Assembly (NCBI GenBank): GCA_028534125.1
Contig: CM052816.1
Location: 78,246,001-78,310,000 of the forward strand
Origin: Lama glama
Taxonomy: Eukaryota
Reading direction: 5' to 3'
DNA length: 64,000 nucleotides
Shown here piece after piece: positions 25,772 to 39,195 of the stretch. The notes beneath the pieces are model-generated. The model had not been told where the DNA came from and ran no database searches. It saw only the letters and a list, made by a program, of their open reading frames with translations. Positions within the stretch are counted from its first letter, which is position 1, and the number at the start of each line of letters is the position of its first letter. Position numbers and translations under genes: made by a program.

Positions 25772-26541
25772 GATTTTGAAGCAGAAGAAACTAATGAAGG
25801 CAAACAGTTTCCAAACAACTTATTCTCCTTTTGCAATCAAAAAAGTGATCTACTGTTTAGTAGTGCCAAGGAAGGAAGGTTGGAATTTGCTTCTATGATT
25901 GATACGATACATGCAAAGGATGATACTGAAGAGACAGATAAAACCGTTACAGAGCTACATTCTGTCCAGAAAAATCTCCTTTCAGCATGGACTATAGGAA
26001 TTTCAAAAAATGTGACAGAAAAAAATTTAATGTTAAATTACACAGTAGTTTGTATCACTCATTTTTTCTACATTCTTCAATTTATAAAATGTCCTTTCCC
26101 AAAACTTGATCTTTTTCTAAGCAAGAGCCCAATATATGATGCATGGGTACTTTGTATCTTTCAACTTTTTCATCAGTGTTTATCAGTCCACTACTGGGAT
26201 TTGAGGTACAGACAAGATGTAGGACATTTGGTAAAGCTGGCATCAAATACTGTAAAGCTTTTGCTGACTCAACAACAAGAAGGTCAGTTATTCTCAGAGA
26301 AGCTTTTAGCTTGTTTTCATTTACTCAGAATGGTAGCTGATAATTTAAATGGCATATACAGCCTTCAGCCTGAAGTGATTTCAGCATCTGCTGATGGAAG
26401 TGGAACAGTAAAGCAAGATTCATTGATGGTACCCATTTTTCAAATGTTTCAAGATAGTGGTTCTCAGGAAAGCTGGTCTTGGAACTCATCTTTCAAGATT
26501 CGTCCTCAAGTATTGAATCTTGTTCAACAGCCAGGACACAG
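25772..26541 (+). CDS. CPLANE1: CPLANE1 exon 12
   Basis: ttttag / AG|gtataa; DFEAEETNEG..QQPGHR; 770 nt; overlaps the 233-aa ORF. Confidence 0.95.
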
Positions 26542-27095
26542 GTATAATGACTTTAATATTAGGATACCATCAGTATTATAGCTGTTAAAAATTGAGATAT
26601 AATTCCCATACTGTGAAATTCACCATTTTAAAGTGTACAAATCCCTTATTTTTTTTTTTAGTATAATCACAGGGTTGTAGAACTGTTAGCACAAATTCCA
26701 GAATATTTTTATCACCCCAAAAGAAACCTGTATCCTCAGCACTATAGGTTTTATGTTATTTAAAAATATTTTAGGGTTTATGCCAAATGTTATTCAACAC
26801 ACATATTTTACTAATCTTGGGCAACCATGATACTGTTGATAGATTTTGGTTTAGGTAAGCACTGTAGAAAAATGACCGTAGGTACATAAAACATTTATGA
26901 AGGTTTTAAAAATACGTTATGCATTTTTTTGATCAGTGGACTTTGTGCTATATATTTAAATCTGATCAATTTGTATATGTGTTATCACCTCAGTGAAGAG
27001 TACAGGCAGGGGAAAAAAAAAAAGGCTTAGGAAGAGGCTCATTCTTACCCCTAGTCTGAAATTTGGTTGTGATGATTACCTAATTTTGTGTGCAG

Positions 27096-27304
27096 ATTGA
27101 TTGTTCTCTGGAGAACATTGTACAGAAAAACTTTGTGGTATCAAACACAGTTAAGTCAAAGAGTTCCTGAAGATGACATACACTTAACTGAAAAGATGAC
27201 ACACGAAGCATCTACTGTCAAATCCCTGTTATGTCATATACAGGCTACATTGCAGACTGCTGGCGTTCGCTTGAACCAGACCTTACAACTTAAACCCATC
27301 AATG
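27096..27304 (+). CDS. CPLANE1: CPLANE1 exon 13
   Basis: tgcag / G|gtcagt; LIVLWRTLYRKTLWYQ; 209 nt. Confidence 0.93.
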
Positions 27305-27513
27305 GTCAGTATCTTATAAACAGTTTCTTCTTCTAGGAACAAACAATATCGTTAGCTGGACTTTGGTTTTATTAATTGGTTGTATTGGTTGTAGTTATTT
27401 GTTTTTTTCAAAATAATTTCTGGCTGAACAATATCCACTAAATTTTAAAACAAGTAAATTTTTACAAAGTAATTGAATTAACTGTGGCTAATTGTTGGTT
27501 AACAACTTTGTAG

Positions 27514-27594
27514 GTGAAGAGTGCTTCCTATTAGGATCATATGAAAAATCTGTTCAAATATGGAAGAAAGCTCTGCAAGAAACCCAAGAGAAAG
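27514..27594 (+). CDS. CPLANE1: CPLANE1 exon 14
   Basis: tgtag / G|gtaggg; GEECFLLGSYEKSVQIWKKALQE; 81 nt. Confidence 0.93.
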
Positions 27595-28245
27595 GTAGGG
27601 GAGTGTTAAAAAATGTTACTTGCTATATTATTGATAGGAACGTATTTTAGCATGCTGTAGAGCTTAAAAATAATTACAGATTTCTGAGTGTTCACAATTT
27701 CTTAATGTTAAAATAGAATACAAAATGTAGGTACCTTGACTGTCAGAAATAGTTATTTAAAATTATTCTTAGTCTTGAAATTTGTATCACCTCGGTTTTT
27801 TTTGTTGTTGTTGTTGTTGTTGTATTTTTTGTAATCCATGGATAAGGCTCCTCTGTCCTGTTTTTTGGTTAGTGATGGAACCTATGATTTATTGTTGATG
27901 GGAGAAAAATGAGGCTTAAATCTTAAATTAAAAAATTTTTTGTCATTTAGAGGGGCTGCAAGTATCTAAATAAGAAACCGTGGGTCACATATTTTGTCAC
28001 CTTATTGCAGACTTATAGAAACATGTAGCCTAGGCTCTCTGCACTTAAGTAATTCAACTTTAAGAGTTTCCTATAAGTTAGACTGACTGTGGGCTAATTG
28101 GAGTTTTGATGAGAATATAGGGGTGTGGAGTCTAGAAACTGGTGATAGCTTTTATGATATAGAGCTGAGGTTGTGATAGGTTCTCAGCTAGTGACCTTGC
28201 AGCTAGCTTTGACTATAACTAGTACATGATCAGGTTTAGCCAATT

Positions 28246-28565
28246 TTTTATTTTTTAATTATTTTTTTTAATTGAATTATAGTCAGTTTACAATGTTGTG
28301 TCAATTTCCAGTGTAGAGTGCAATTTTTCAGTTATACATGAACATACATATATTCATTCTCACATTCTTTTTCACTGTGGGCTACCACAAGATCTTGTAT
28401 ATATTTCCCTGTGCGATACAGTATAATCTTGTTTATCGTTCTACATATGCCTGTCAGTATCTACAAATTTCGGACTCCCAGTCTCCCTTCCCACCTCCCT
28501 CCCCGCTGGCAACCACAAGTTTGTATTCTATGTCTATGAGTCTGTTTCTGTTTTGTCTATTTATG
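28246..28565 (-). mobile_element. 5'-truncated L1 3' end, same family as 1-90
   Basis: T tail then attgaattatagtcagtttacaatgttgtgtcaatttc; TSD tcaggtttagccaatt / ttaggtttggccaatt. Confidence 0.85.
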
Positions 28566-28619
28566 TTAGGTTTGGCCAATTATTAAATTTATTTTCTGAC
28601 TGCTGTGGCTTTGTATATT

Positions 28620-29560
28620 TCATTCACTTATCTACTTAACCAGTACTTATTGAGGGCCTGCTATGTACCTAGTACTGTGTTAGGTACTAGGAATAACTGA
28701 AATAAGCAAGTTTACCCTCAAGTTGCCCACAACCTGGAAGAGAGATTACATAAATAACTGGCATGTTTCTCATTATGTTTCGTGGTAGTTGCTGGGGAAG
28801 GACAGAAGAGCACTTCATACGGTCTGAGGCTGGAATGCAATCAGTCCTGGGAAAACCTGGACGAGTTGATATTTAAAACTGTGTGAAAATCATCCAATTG
28901 AAGTAGTGAGAATGGTTTAACAAAGGAAATAGCATTCCAAAAGCAAAAAGGCATGAAAGGAAAAAAAATGCCAAAACAAACAAACAAACAAACAAAAGCA
29001 TGAGAAACCATGGCAGTTTTGGTAAACTACAGTACTTTAACAGGACTAGATTACATGAGATATGTATGTAACCTGGAGGTTGGTGTGGTGAGAGCTAAAG
29101 TGAGAGTCAGAGAGCAGATGATAAAGGAACATATTCTGCAGTGCCCCAGGGTTAATATTTTATCCTAAAGGTGTGGGATCACTTAAGATGCTTTATAAGT
29201 GGGAAAGAGAACTTTTCAAATAAATATAGGCCATTTGGAAAGATCACTTTGGTACACCATGGAGGGCCATTTGTAAGAGTGTGGTGTGGAGATGTGGATT
29301 TTACCTAGAAGCAAGAAAATTAGTCATTTGAGGAGATCCTGAACCAAAGCAATGTCCAGAGTACTGGAGAAGAGAAGTCACATTTGTCAAATATTTAATA
29401 AATTTAATCAGTTGGACTTGTGACTGAGTAGAGAAAGAAGCCTGATGTAGTTCTTGCATATAGGGATTGTCCAGCTGGATAGAGAAGAGTGGCATTAATG
29501 TGATGAGAAGTTCTCATGAAGGAAAGTTTTCATAATGAGTTCCATTGTGGACCATTTCAT
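28620..29560 (-). mobile_element. L2 fragment
   Basis: tacttattgagggcctgctatgtacctagtactgtgttagg is the reverse L2 3' end. Confidence 0.6.
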
Positions 29561-29579
29561 TTAATTCATGTTTCTAGTT

Positions 29580-30085
29580 GTATCTATTTGCAATGATTTC
29601 TTATAATGGAGGCTGAAAGTAACAGTGGCTTCAACAAGAAAGAAGTTTATTTCTCCTTCTTAGAAAAGGAGAAGTTGGCAGCATGGGGCTGATTTGGTGT
29701 TTCTGTGGTCTCTTCAAGGACTCATGCTGTCTTAGTTTTTCTTCTCCATCACCAAATGCATTGCTTCCCATCTTAAGGCCATTACATGAGTTAAGAATGG
29801 TGCTGGAGCTCCAGCCATCACGTGCATCATCTAGGTAGAAGAAAGGAGGAAGGCACGAAGGGCAAGAAAGCGTGCACCTGTTAGCTGAGTTACCTCTCTT
29901 TAAGCAGCCTTTCTGGTGGTTCTGCACAGTATTATTATCTCTTTGTTCAGAAATTTGTCTTATTTTCACATGGCCACATCTAGCAAGAAATTGTGATCTG
30001 GGTGCATTGTAACCCCAAATAAAATTAAAATTCTTTTGCTCAGGAAGCATGGCTAAGGGGCAGGCAACCAGCAGTCTCAGTCCTA
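29580..30085. mobile_element. MLT1-type LTR
   Basis: aacagtggcttcaacaaga..aagtttatttctc..aagaatggtgctggagctccagccatcac. Confidence 0.6.
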
Positions 30086-30557
30086 AGCACCCTTCAGATA
30101 TTTGAAGGCGGTCATCCTGGGCTCCTGTTTCATTGGATAGTGTTTCTTCTTTGGAAAGTCCTTTGATTATCTATTTGGTATTTGTACAGTTTCTTGTTTT
30201 TTGTGTTTTTTTCTTTTAAACTTTCTGTTTCATGTTATGTGTACTTGAGACAGATGTCATTAGTGGATTTTAGTACTGAGATGAGGCTGATTTGCATCTC
30301 TCTTTAGATAAAATCTTAGTCATCCTAGGGCCTGATGAAAGAAAATAAAATTGTTCAGAACTTAAAATGAAAAAGAACAAAGTATTGCTGACCTGTTTTT
30401 TGCTGAAGTATAAAACATACAGAAAAGTTTACACAACACAAGTGTACAGCTTAATGAATTTTTATAAACTAAATGCTTGAATCTACCCAGCACCCAGGTC
30501 AAGAACTTTGCCCAGCTAGCATGTTTTTAATGTAAGCTTAATTCTTTCCTGTTTAAG

Positions 30558-30722
30558 GAGGAAGAAGGGCGTGTTTTCTCCAGATGCGCTATTATCTTTC
30601 CCTTTTATACTGCCACCTCTATAACTATAATTTAAATGATGCTCAAGGATTGTGTGATCAGCTAGTAAGAGAAATACTGAGATGGTCCTACCTACCTGTG
30701 AATGAAAATGAAGATTGCTCAG
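30558..30722 (+). CDS. CPLANE1: CPLANE1 exon 15
   Basis: tttaag acceptor (NAGNAG aag|GAG) / G|gtatgc; GRRACFLQMRYYLSLLYCHLY; 165 nt. Confidence 0.92.
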
Positions 30723-31954
30723 GTATGCTTTTCAAAAACCAGTATGTTTAATGTTAGTAGTTTGTGTTTATAGGTTTAGATGTGAAATTGCTTATGCATA
30801 AAAGTTGGTTGCTCTACCCTGTTGTCACCTTCTCAGTGGCAGGGTCATGTTTGTGTGTGTTTGTTTTTAATCTTTGGGTCCCTAGGCTTAGCAGTAGTAG
30901 CCTGCTAAACTGATGTAATTGTTGTCCCACTGCCACATTTGTTGGACATACTATCGGTACCCAAGTACTTTTCATTAATACAGTTATATTTTCTTTAACT
31001 GTTGCCTAAGGTGGTTTACTAAAGTGATGGAAATCACTTTCTGAGGTATTCTGAGTCCTTTTAAAGTCTGTTTAAGAGGCTGCAGAGTATCTGGATTGCC
31101 CTTTTTAAAAGACGTATATTTACATTAAGCAATAACCAGAGTGAAAGATACATAAGAACAAACACATACTATATTGATAATGGTTGTATGGTGGTAGACA
31201 TTAGATGTATACTATGCATATGAATGTGTCAGAAAGGCTCAATATATAAGAACTTTCTAAACGGAATAAATGGAGTTCATGATAATTTTTTTTTTGGCTT
31301 CAGCCACTGTTTATAGATTTCTTATTCTTTGTGATTTTTATCTTTTTAAATTTTTGTGTTTGTTATGGAAGCAGTCCATGTTCATTTTAGACAATTTTGA
31401 AAATATGGAAAAGTATAAAGAAGAAAATGAAATCACTCTTAATTCTACCACTTTTTTGTCTATATACATTTATATATGTATAGTACCAGAGCTGTATATT
31501 GTTTTATAATCTTTTAAATTTAATATTATGATGAATATTTTCCAGTGTAAATTAATATTCTTTTAAAAAACCTATTAAGCCTTTTCCTCATTATTTGCAC
31601 ATTTTAGGTTGTTGCCACTTACTTACTATTTTAAATAATGCTGCAGGGTTCATAAATTTTTGTAAGCATTACTAATGATGTCTTTAGGATAAATTTCTAG
31701 AAATGAGTTTACAGATCAAAGAAAATCCATGATTTTGACTTTTGATGCCTGGTATCAAATTGCCCTTGAGAAAGGCCTGTTAGCTGTGGATGAGTGGAAG
31801 ATTTTTATGTGTGATTTTTTAACTGACTGAATATTCTTCATTTTTTTTTTCAGCAATATTGTCATTAATAATTTGACTTTCAAGATAAGTTGAACCTATA
31901 GTAATGTGTTTGTTTTCATTTATAATGATAATTGCTTAGAATCCATTAAGCATA

Positions 31955-32515
31955 TCTCTGCTGGGTCAGGAGTCCACAAGACTAGCCCCCAACTTCAGTG
32001 ATTCACAGAGAGGACTCCTGGGACTCAGTAGATGGTTGTGCTCACACCTGTGATTCATTACAATGAAAAGGTACAAAGCACAATCAACGGAGAGAAAAGC
32101 AGCATGGGGTGAAGTCCGGAGGCAGCCAGGCACAAGCTTCCAAGAATCCTTTCCCAACAGAGTCACAAAGGACATACTTAATTCCTCCAGCAAAAAGTTG
32201 TGACAACACATCTGAGGTGTTGCCTACCAGCGAAACTCATTAGAAACTCAGTGCACAGGGCTTTTAATCAGGGGCTGGTCACGTAGACCCTCTCTGCCTA
32301 GCCCATGCCAAAATTCCACACTTTCAGAAAGAAAGCAGATATTCAGTTAAACAACATTTTTTGTACAATTAGGTCCAGTGAGCCACTCTTCATCAGTTAA
32401 AGTGGTGGGAATCCTCCCCATATCCAAGTTCCTAAACCAACCAAAGGTCAATGTTATAAGCAACTTAATAAGCCTTTCGAGTAGTCAAGCCTGCTATTAT
32501 CTCCTTCCTGCACAC
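31955..32515. mobile_element. MER21-like ERVL LTR
   Basis: ggagtccacaagactagcccc..ggactcag..cacaagcttccaagaatcc..gagtcacaaaggac. Confidence 0.65.
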
Positions 32516-33018
32516 TTACCTCATTAAGTTATTGTATGTAGTTATAATTTAATTTTTATTGCATAAGGTTGCTATTACTAACACCTTTACTATGCCATGT
32601 ACAAAATTACCCTTTTAAACTTTTTTAAACTTATGAATGGATACAGTTTTACTCTATGACAATATCTTTTAGAATTAGGTTGCTTCCTGTTTAAGGGGCT
32701 TATTCCTGAGTTTTGTATAATGAGTTTTTGCATTATTAAGATTATTGGAAATCATGCCTTTGTATAATTTCTACTCTAAGTCTTTTGCCTAGGAGAAAAA
32801 AATTCTTACCCTCTGTATTTTTAACGTTATGTGAAGAAAAGTATGGTTTTCCCAAACTTAGAGTGATTAAATGAAGAGTCCTGCTTGAAGGCTAATAAAA
32901 TTTTTTCAGAACCCTTTTATGTAAAATAAAGTGTATTAAAAATACCCTTGGAGTGCTTGCTGTAAGAGGAGTGATTGGTGCTGGTGATACAGTGACAAGA
33001 TAGAAATAGCCATATTCT

Positions 33019-33143
33019 GGGGGGAGGGTATAGCTCAGTGGTAGAATGTGTACCTAGCATGTGTGAAGTCTGGGGTTCAATCCCCAGTACCTCCATTAAA
33101 TAAATAAATAAACCTAATTACCCCTACCCAGGGGGAGAAAAGA
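33019..33143 (+). mobile_element. Camelid-type tRNA SINE
   Basis: ggggagggtatagctcagtggtaga..gttcaatccccagtacc; imperfect TSD agaaatagccatattc / agaaatggccctactc. Confidence 0.85.
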
Positions 33144-33341
33144 AGAAATGGCCCTACTCATATAGAACTTAATTAACATTCTTGTGAATATGTATCAAGT
33201 GACTTCTGGGACAGGAAGATACTTTGCCATTGTTGGGGCCATAAATCTCGTAAAAATTAATGTTAACTTAGTATTTATCTGTATTTAATAGTCTTTAACT
33301 ATTTATTTTCAAATATCCCAATACTTGTTTCTGTTACTGAG

Positions 33342-33501
33342 TTTGTATGTATGTATGTATGTATGTATGTATGTATTTATTTATTTAATTTTTAGAGGGA
33401 GGCAATTAGGTTTATTTATTTTTGGAGGCGTTACTGGGGATTAAACCCAGGACCTTGTACATGCTAAGCATGCACTTGACCACTTGAGCTATACCTTTCC
33501 C
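33342..33501 (-). mobile_element. Camelid-type tRNA SINE with (TATG)n tail microsatellite
   Basis: Reverse head ending gagctatacctttccc; tail degenerated to gtat repeats. Confidence 0.85.
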
Positions 33502-34153
33502 TCAAGTTTTGATTCTCAAATAGGGATGACACATGTCATCGTGTATGCCTGCTTAGTTTATGTCAGAATCACCCTAGAAATCCTGATGTGACTCTCTCCC
33601 TCCCCTGCCTTCTCCCTCTACCCCATGCATTCCTTTTGTGCCTACCTCCCAAAAGAATCTTACAGGAATGAGATACTCTTACTAATGGGAGTATATCATA
33701 ATTCCCAGACCTAATGGTACAGAAAAAAGCATTAAGAATCACTCTTCTGGTGCTTTTCAGATTATCTTTGGAGTAAACCCTGCCTCCTTTCTTTAAAGAG
33801 AGAAAATTAGAAAGGGGAGAAAGAAGAGAAATTAAATAATGAAATGCTAAGCTTGTAAGGCTGGATTGTTTTATAAATCTGTCCATGTTTTTAGATAAAA
33901 CTAGTAATTTGAAGTCATAAGGAGTTCCTGAGTGTATGTGCTCATAATTGTGAGCTAATTATTTTTGTTCTACTGTCTTCAAGAAGTATAGATACCTATT
34001 ATAAATATAGCTCGTGCAGGCCATGGGTGCTCAACTCAGAAGAAAGTTTTAATTACAATTTTGTTCTTGAATACTGTTGGGAACTTAAATATTGCCCCAT
34101 TTGGATAGTTTGATCAGAATCTCCTTTGGTCATTTGCTGTATGTACCCTGCAG

Positions 34154-34327
34154 TTCCTGAGGAGTCTCCCTGTGAGCCTGGAATGACTGGGAATGTTCAT
34201 CCTGAGGCGGCGATGCGGGTTGTCCAGTCCATGGCTCGCTTCATGGCCGCCTATTTCACCAATCAGCTTCTTTGCATTTTGCCACCTCACAATGTGAATG
34301 TTCTTCCTCCCCTTCATATTAAAACAG
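34154..34327 (+). CDS. CPLANE1: CPLANE1 exon 16
   Basis: ctgcag / G|gtaatg; VHPEAAMRVVQSMARFMAAYFTNQ; 174 nt. Confidence 0.93.
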
Positions 34328-34799
34328 GTAATGGAGTAAATAGATAATTTTCTCACCTTGTTTTTGCACGTAATATTTCAAATCATAATACGCAGTGATC
34401 ATTCTAGTAAATAATACTGTTCTCACCTAGTGCCTGACACATAGGAGACACTCAGGTGAATGTTTACAAATGAATATAATCTGAACGAGGTGATTGCTTT
34501 GGACTTGTTTTTATTGAATATATATTTTTGTAATGATACATTTTAGACACATTAGTATTATGAGGTTTCCATTTTTAAGTAAAAGAGCTGCCACCTTCAA
34601 ATTTAACAAATTTAACTAGTTTTGAGGATGCTAATTTAGAATTTAATTTTATTTGCACATTGTACTTTTATAATTTTATTCTGGTAATTTTCTTTGTTCT
34701 ATTTAATCATTTCGTTAATAGAGTCAAAATGTACCTCAATCTGTGCTAGATAACTGCCCTGACCTAATGGAAATAAACACTTACACAGATTTCTATGGT

Positions 34800-35420
34800 A
34801 GTCATTCATTCTACTAATTTGTATAAGTGCCTGCTATGTGTCAAATAGTGTTGTGCGAGCTGGAAGTATATTAGCCTGCACCAGATGAAATTAATAAAAT
34901 ATGAAAACATTTGTAGTTTTGTTTTAACGTATGAAACAGTCTTATCCTAACTGTCATGAACAAAACGGATGAATTACCTGTTCTTTTGTGGAATTTACAT
35001 TTAGCAGGTTGAGACAGAAAATTACATAAATGAATATATAAACAAAGGTATATCAAATGGTGATCATTATTATGCAGAGAAGTGCATTGTGACTGAGTGG
35101 CATGTTCAGGTGGTGAATTTAGGCAAGAGCTCTCTGGGGGTGACGTTTACCTGAACTCTTAGTGACAGAGAGAGCCAGACTTCTACACATAGGACTTAGA
35201 GCAGCCTAACCTGAGCCTATGCGAAGGCCACAGAGCAGGAACAAACTTGGCATGTTTGAGAAGCTGAAAGGCTGATGTGGCTGGAGCACAGAGGTGAGGT
35301 GGGGAGTAATATGAGATGAAGTCAGATGATGTAAGCCAGGGTGCGGGATCTGAATTTTAAGTACAATGGGAAGTTATTGGAAGGCTTTCAGCAGGAAATA
35401 ACATGAAATGACTTATGTAA
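34800..35420 (-). mobile_element. L2 fragments
   Basis: cattcattc..aagtgcctgctatgtgtca; tacaatgggaagttattggaaggctttcagcagg. Confidence 0.6.
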
Positions 35421-37709
35421 CATGAACATATTTATGTACAGGGCACACATAGATTACAATAGTATAAGATATCATGTAATTAGAAGTTTAATAAAGGTAG
35501 CAACAAGTGTTTAGTAGATTTACTCACAGAACCATGGGTTTTGAGCTATGTGTTCAGACGCCTCTGTTCTGTAATTGTCTCAGGATGTGGGTTGGAGTGG
35601 AGGAGTGTCCTCCCCCAGTTGGATGCTTCAACAGGAGGGTTAGTCTCTGGTGTCACCGGGAGTCTTCAGGAGGTTCTCGTCCCTAGGGAGCCTTCTGTGT
35701 GAGGTAGGAGCAGAAGGGAAATTGTCTCGAGGTTTCTACTCTGGGTCCCTGCTTCTCTGGGGGAGAAAAGTTGGCCCTGACCTGATTTTGGCTTCTCTTA
35801 GGAAACTGGTGTAAGGAGAGGAACAGGTGCTCTGCCCCCTTCTCCACCGTGCCCTAACTCAGATTCAGCCCATGCTCCGGGCCTTTTCTCCCTGAGAACG
35901 GCCTGTGCTCCTTTCTCTTGCCTTTATGCTTTCCTCTGACTAATGGGTATTACTTCTTTCCTTGTACATTTGACATTATTATTATTACAATTATTTTATA
36001 TTTAAGCTCTCGTTTTAGTCACAGCCACAGAATTTATCTGTTATACTCCCTATTTTTAGTAGTGTTTCTGACAACAAATAATATCCTTAATCTGTATAAT
36101 TTTCCTGAAGAAAAGAAGTAGAACTTCATGTGGTTTTTAGAAAAAAAAAAAAAAAGGTAAAATCCTGGTACTTAGGAAGTTTGTCTCAATTTCTTGTTTT
36201 TCTGTGCCACGGGTATAAACAAGACTTTTGCTGTTTGCTCATAATCTTTATCTTTACAGAAGGCTTTACAAACCTAGGGGAGACTCATCTTGATCACGCT
36301 CTAGGAAGAAAGGTGATAGCATCATTGAATTGTTTCTGGACAGATTCATAAACATTCATAAAAGCTCAGAGATGCACCTTTTTATTTGCTATGTAAATAT
36401 TTTTCCAGTGAAGAGGAGAGAGTAGGAGAGAAGTCTCTGTGTTCTTTTCCTATGCCTGAGACTGATTGTAGAAAATTTAAATATCTGAAAGTTGGTACAT
36501 ATCCTTTAAGTTTTTTAATCTCCCTCTGTCTTGAAAAATGATATCAGCAGGCTTGATGCACAGTATATTTCATGTTAATCTTTTAAATCAGAGCTAGTGG
36601 CAGAATGTATAGGGGATTTGAGTTTCTTATTTGGTGTGATGTTTGCTATGTGAAAGCAGTAAAATTTTCAGAAATTTAAATTATTCAAGTTCTTTTCATG
36701 GTACAGTACCTTACTCATAGTGAATTAAAAAACGGAAAAATGTAGTCAGTCTCCTGGCCTTTTTTGCCTATGCAGAATCAGAGTCATTGATTGACTAAAT
36801 TTTTCATTTCTTTCCTAATGTTTGCCAAGTGCTTGATGTGGGCAGAGCCTATGAAGATCATGTGAGAGACTAATCATTTCATTCAAAGAGCAGAAACCCA
36901 CGTATACTATTTACCAGTTTTATTCTGAGGGAGTGAGTGAAAATCTTAGCCATTTGTATTTAAACAAAAATAACAGAGCTGTTACCATATCTTGAAGTTG
37001 CTTACTCAAATCACTTTAATAGGGGAAAGGTACAGAAGCCTGGGGAGAAGGATGTCAATACCCTTTGTATTTAATCTCAGGCCAGACTGAACTCTTGTTG
37101 TTTAGTCAGGATTATTGAAAATTACACTTTTCTACTTTCTAATACTATTTCAATACACTATTAATACTAATATATTGAACACTTAATATGCCTGAGTATT
37201 AATGACCTCGAGCTAGTTTTTTATCATATGATCGGTGCTATGACAAATGCAGTCAAGTGAAAATGCAGTCTCTGCCCTCCAAACGTCGTAAGGTAGTAGA
37301 GAAATAGACGTGTGTTTCACAGCAGCCGCAGCAGTAACTGTACACTGTGGCCCAGTACATTTAAGTGTGTGTATGTTTATTTTATCTGACAAAAAAGCTT
37401 CATTAAACTGTACGTATTTACCTTTGTTTTGTGTAATGCACTCTGCACTGTCTCTTCTGTTTCTGTGTCTACTGTTTCATTTTTTAAACAATGCTGACAT
37501 TTGCTTCATGACCCACTAAGGAGGCAAATTCTTCCGTGTTAAAACAAAAACTATTCTAGAGTATGTTAAAGCATTATTTTACTCCGTTCTGTACGTATCT
37601 TCCTTGCTGTGGTTCTGTGTGGAAAATACTGATTGAAGAGATCTGTGTAAGGAGGCATGAGCTCTGTTATATATAATTGTAATATCCATTTTCTTTAATT
37701 TACCCACAG

Positions 37710-37938
37710 AGCAGTCCTTTCGACTTATTCCTCTGCAACACTCTAAGGTGGCCAGTGCTGTTCGAGAGCAGAATCTTTCTAATGTGTGGACAGTTGAATA
37801 TACCCTTGAATTATTACTTATTGGTGGCCTGGTTCCAGAAGCAGTGTGGCTGGCACATAAACTTGGAGACTGGAAGACGTCTGTTTCGATCGCTGTGGCC
37901 TTCCAACTGTTCTGTAAACGTGACAGCAGTTTCCCAAG
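37710..37938 (+). CDS. CPLANE1: CPLANE1 exon 17
   Basis: cacag / AG|gtgtgc; QSFRLIPLQHSKVAS..KLGDWKTSVS; 229 nt. Confidence 0.93.
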
Positions 37939-38034
37939 GTGTGCATTTTTAGGCACATTTAAGTTAAGAAATAGTGTAACGGTGTCACCTAAAGTATACT
38001 CACTGCTGGTATTTACACATTTTGTGGAATCCTT

Positions 38035-38240
38035 AGTTCAGCCTTGTCCAACGGAACTGTCGTCAGTGATGGAAATATTCTGTGTGTGCTGTCCGGTCGG
38101 ATAGCTACTGGCCATCTGTATTTATTGAGCACTTGAAATGTGGCTAGTAAGACCAAGAAACTCACATTTCAATCTAATTTTAATTAGTTTAAATTCAGAA
38201 AGCTGCATGCAGCTGGCAGCTGCTGTGTGGGACAGTGCTG
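38035..38240. mobile_element. MER3-like hAT DNA transposon
   Basis: tgtccaacggaact..tgatggaaatattct..ttgagcacttgaaatgtggctagt..ggacagtgc. Confidence 0.75.
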
Positions 38241-39055
38241 CAGGGTCTTGCTTTCTGTGTTAAAATATCTGCTTAGAACTTTTATTTGTTAGTAGTGCCC
38301 TCAAAGGGCCTGTAGTCAATGGGAGAGTTTGTCTTTCCCAGACAGGATTTGAGTCTTAAGCTAATCAAACTAATCCCTATGTTTTAACTATTCTGAATAT
38401 TATGGAATTGCTGTGTCTTCTATATTTTGCAATTCAGTAATTCAACATATATTTATTTATTAAATAACTAGTCTGTACCAGGCTCTGTACCAGGCTCTAT
38501 ACCTGGTATTTTCGTGGATATAAACTTAAATGGTACGTAGTATCTATGCTTGGGCATTTATGGTTTAATAGAGAAAATAGGACAAAACATTATTATAATT
38601 TACATAATGTTGTAAGAAAAGTGCCAGTGGTACAGCGGGAAGAGTAGTAATACCAAGTGAGAGATGGACAGGAAATACTTTATGTGGGAGATATCATTTG
38701 AAATGGGCATTGGAGGGAAGATGGGATCTTGACAGATTCAGTAGCTGTCGGAAGAGAGAACATTCCAAACATGAGCAAAGGCATGTGGCAAAAACTGAGT
38801 TCAGTTTGGTTTGGGTAGAGTACGTATGTAGGCAGCAGTGGGAGGTAAGGATGGATAGATGTATTAGTACCATAATCAGGGAACGCCTTACTGCTCTCCT
38901 TAATACAATATTTTCTTGATTAGTTCTTTTCTAAATATAGGATGAATAAAGTGAATTTCTCTGTTCTTTAAAATTTCATGGTTAGTTCTTGATGTATGAA
39001 TGTTTCCTTTTTTTCAAACTTTGGATTCATTTCCCTTAATTTGATATGATTTCAG

Positions 39056-39195
39056 GTCCAAGAAAAAAGGTCTGAATTTACCACTAAATATGACTCCTGC
39101 ACAGATTTTCCAGGAAAAACTGCAATGTTTTTTAGGTCAGCCAGCCTCTTTGGAAGCAAAAACTGAAATGGGCTCAAAATATAAACAATTTACAG
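39056..39195 (+). CDS. CPLANE1: CPLANE1 exon 18
   Basis: ttcag / G|gtgcgt; SKKKGLNLPLNMTPAQIFQEKLQ; 140 nt. Confidence 0.93.

Noticed and set aside
29631..30050. 139-aa minus-strand ORF
   Set aside because: Lies within an MLT1 LTR
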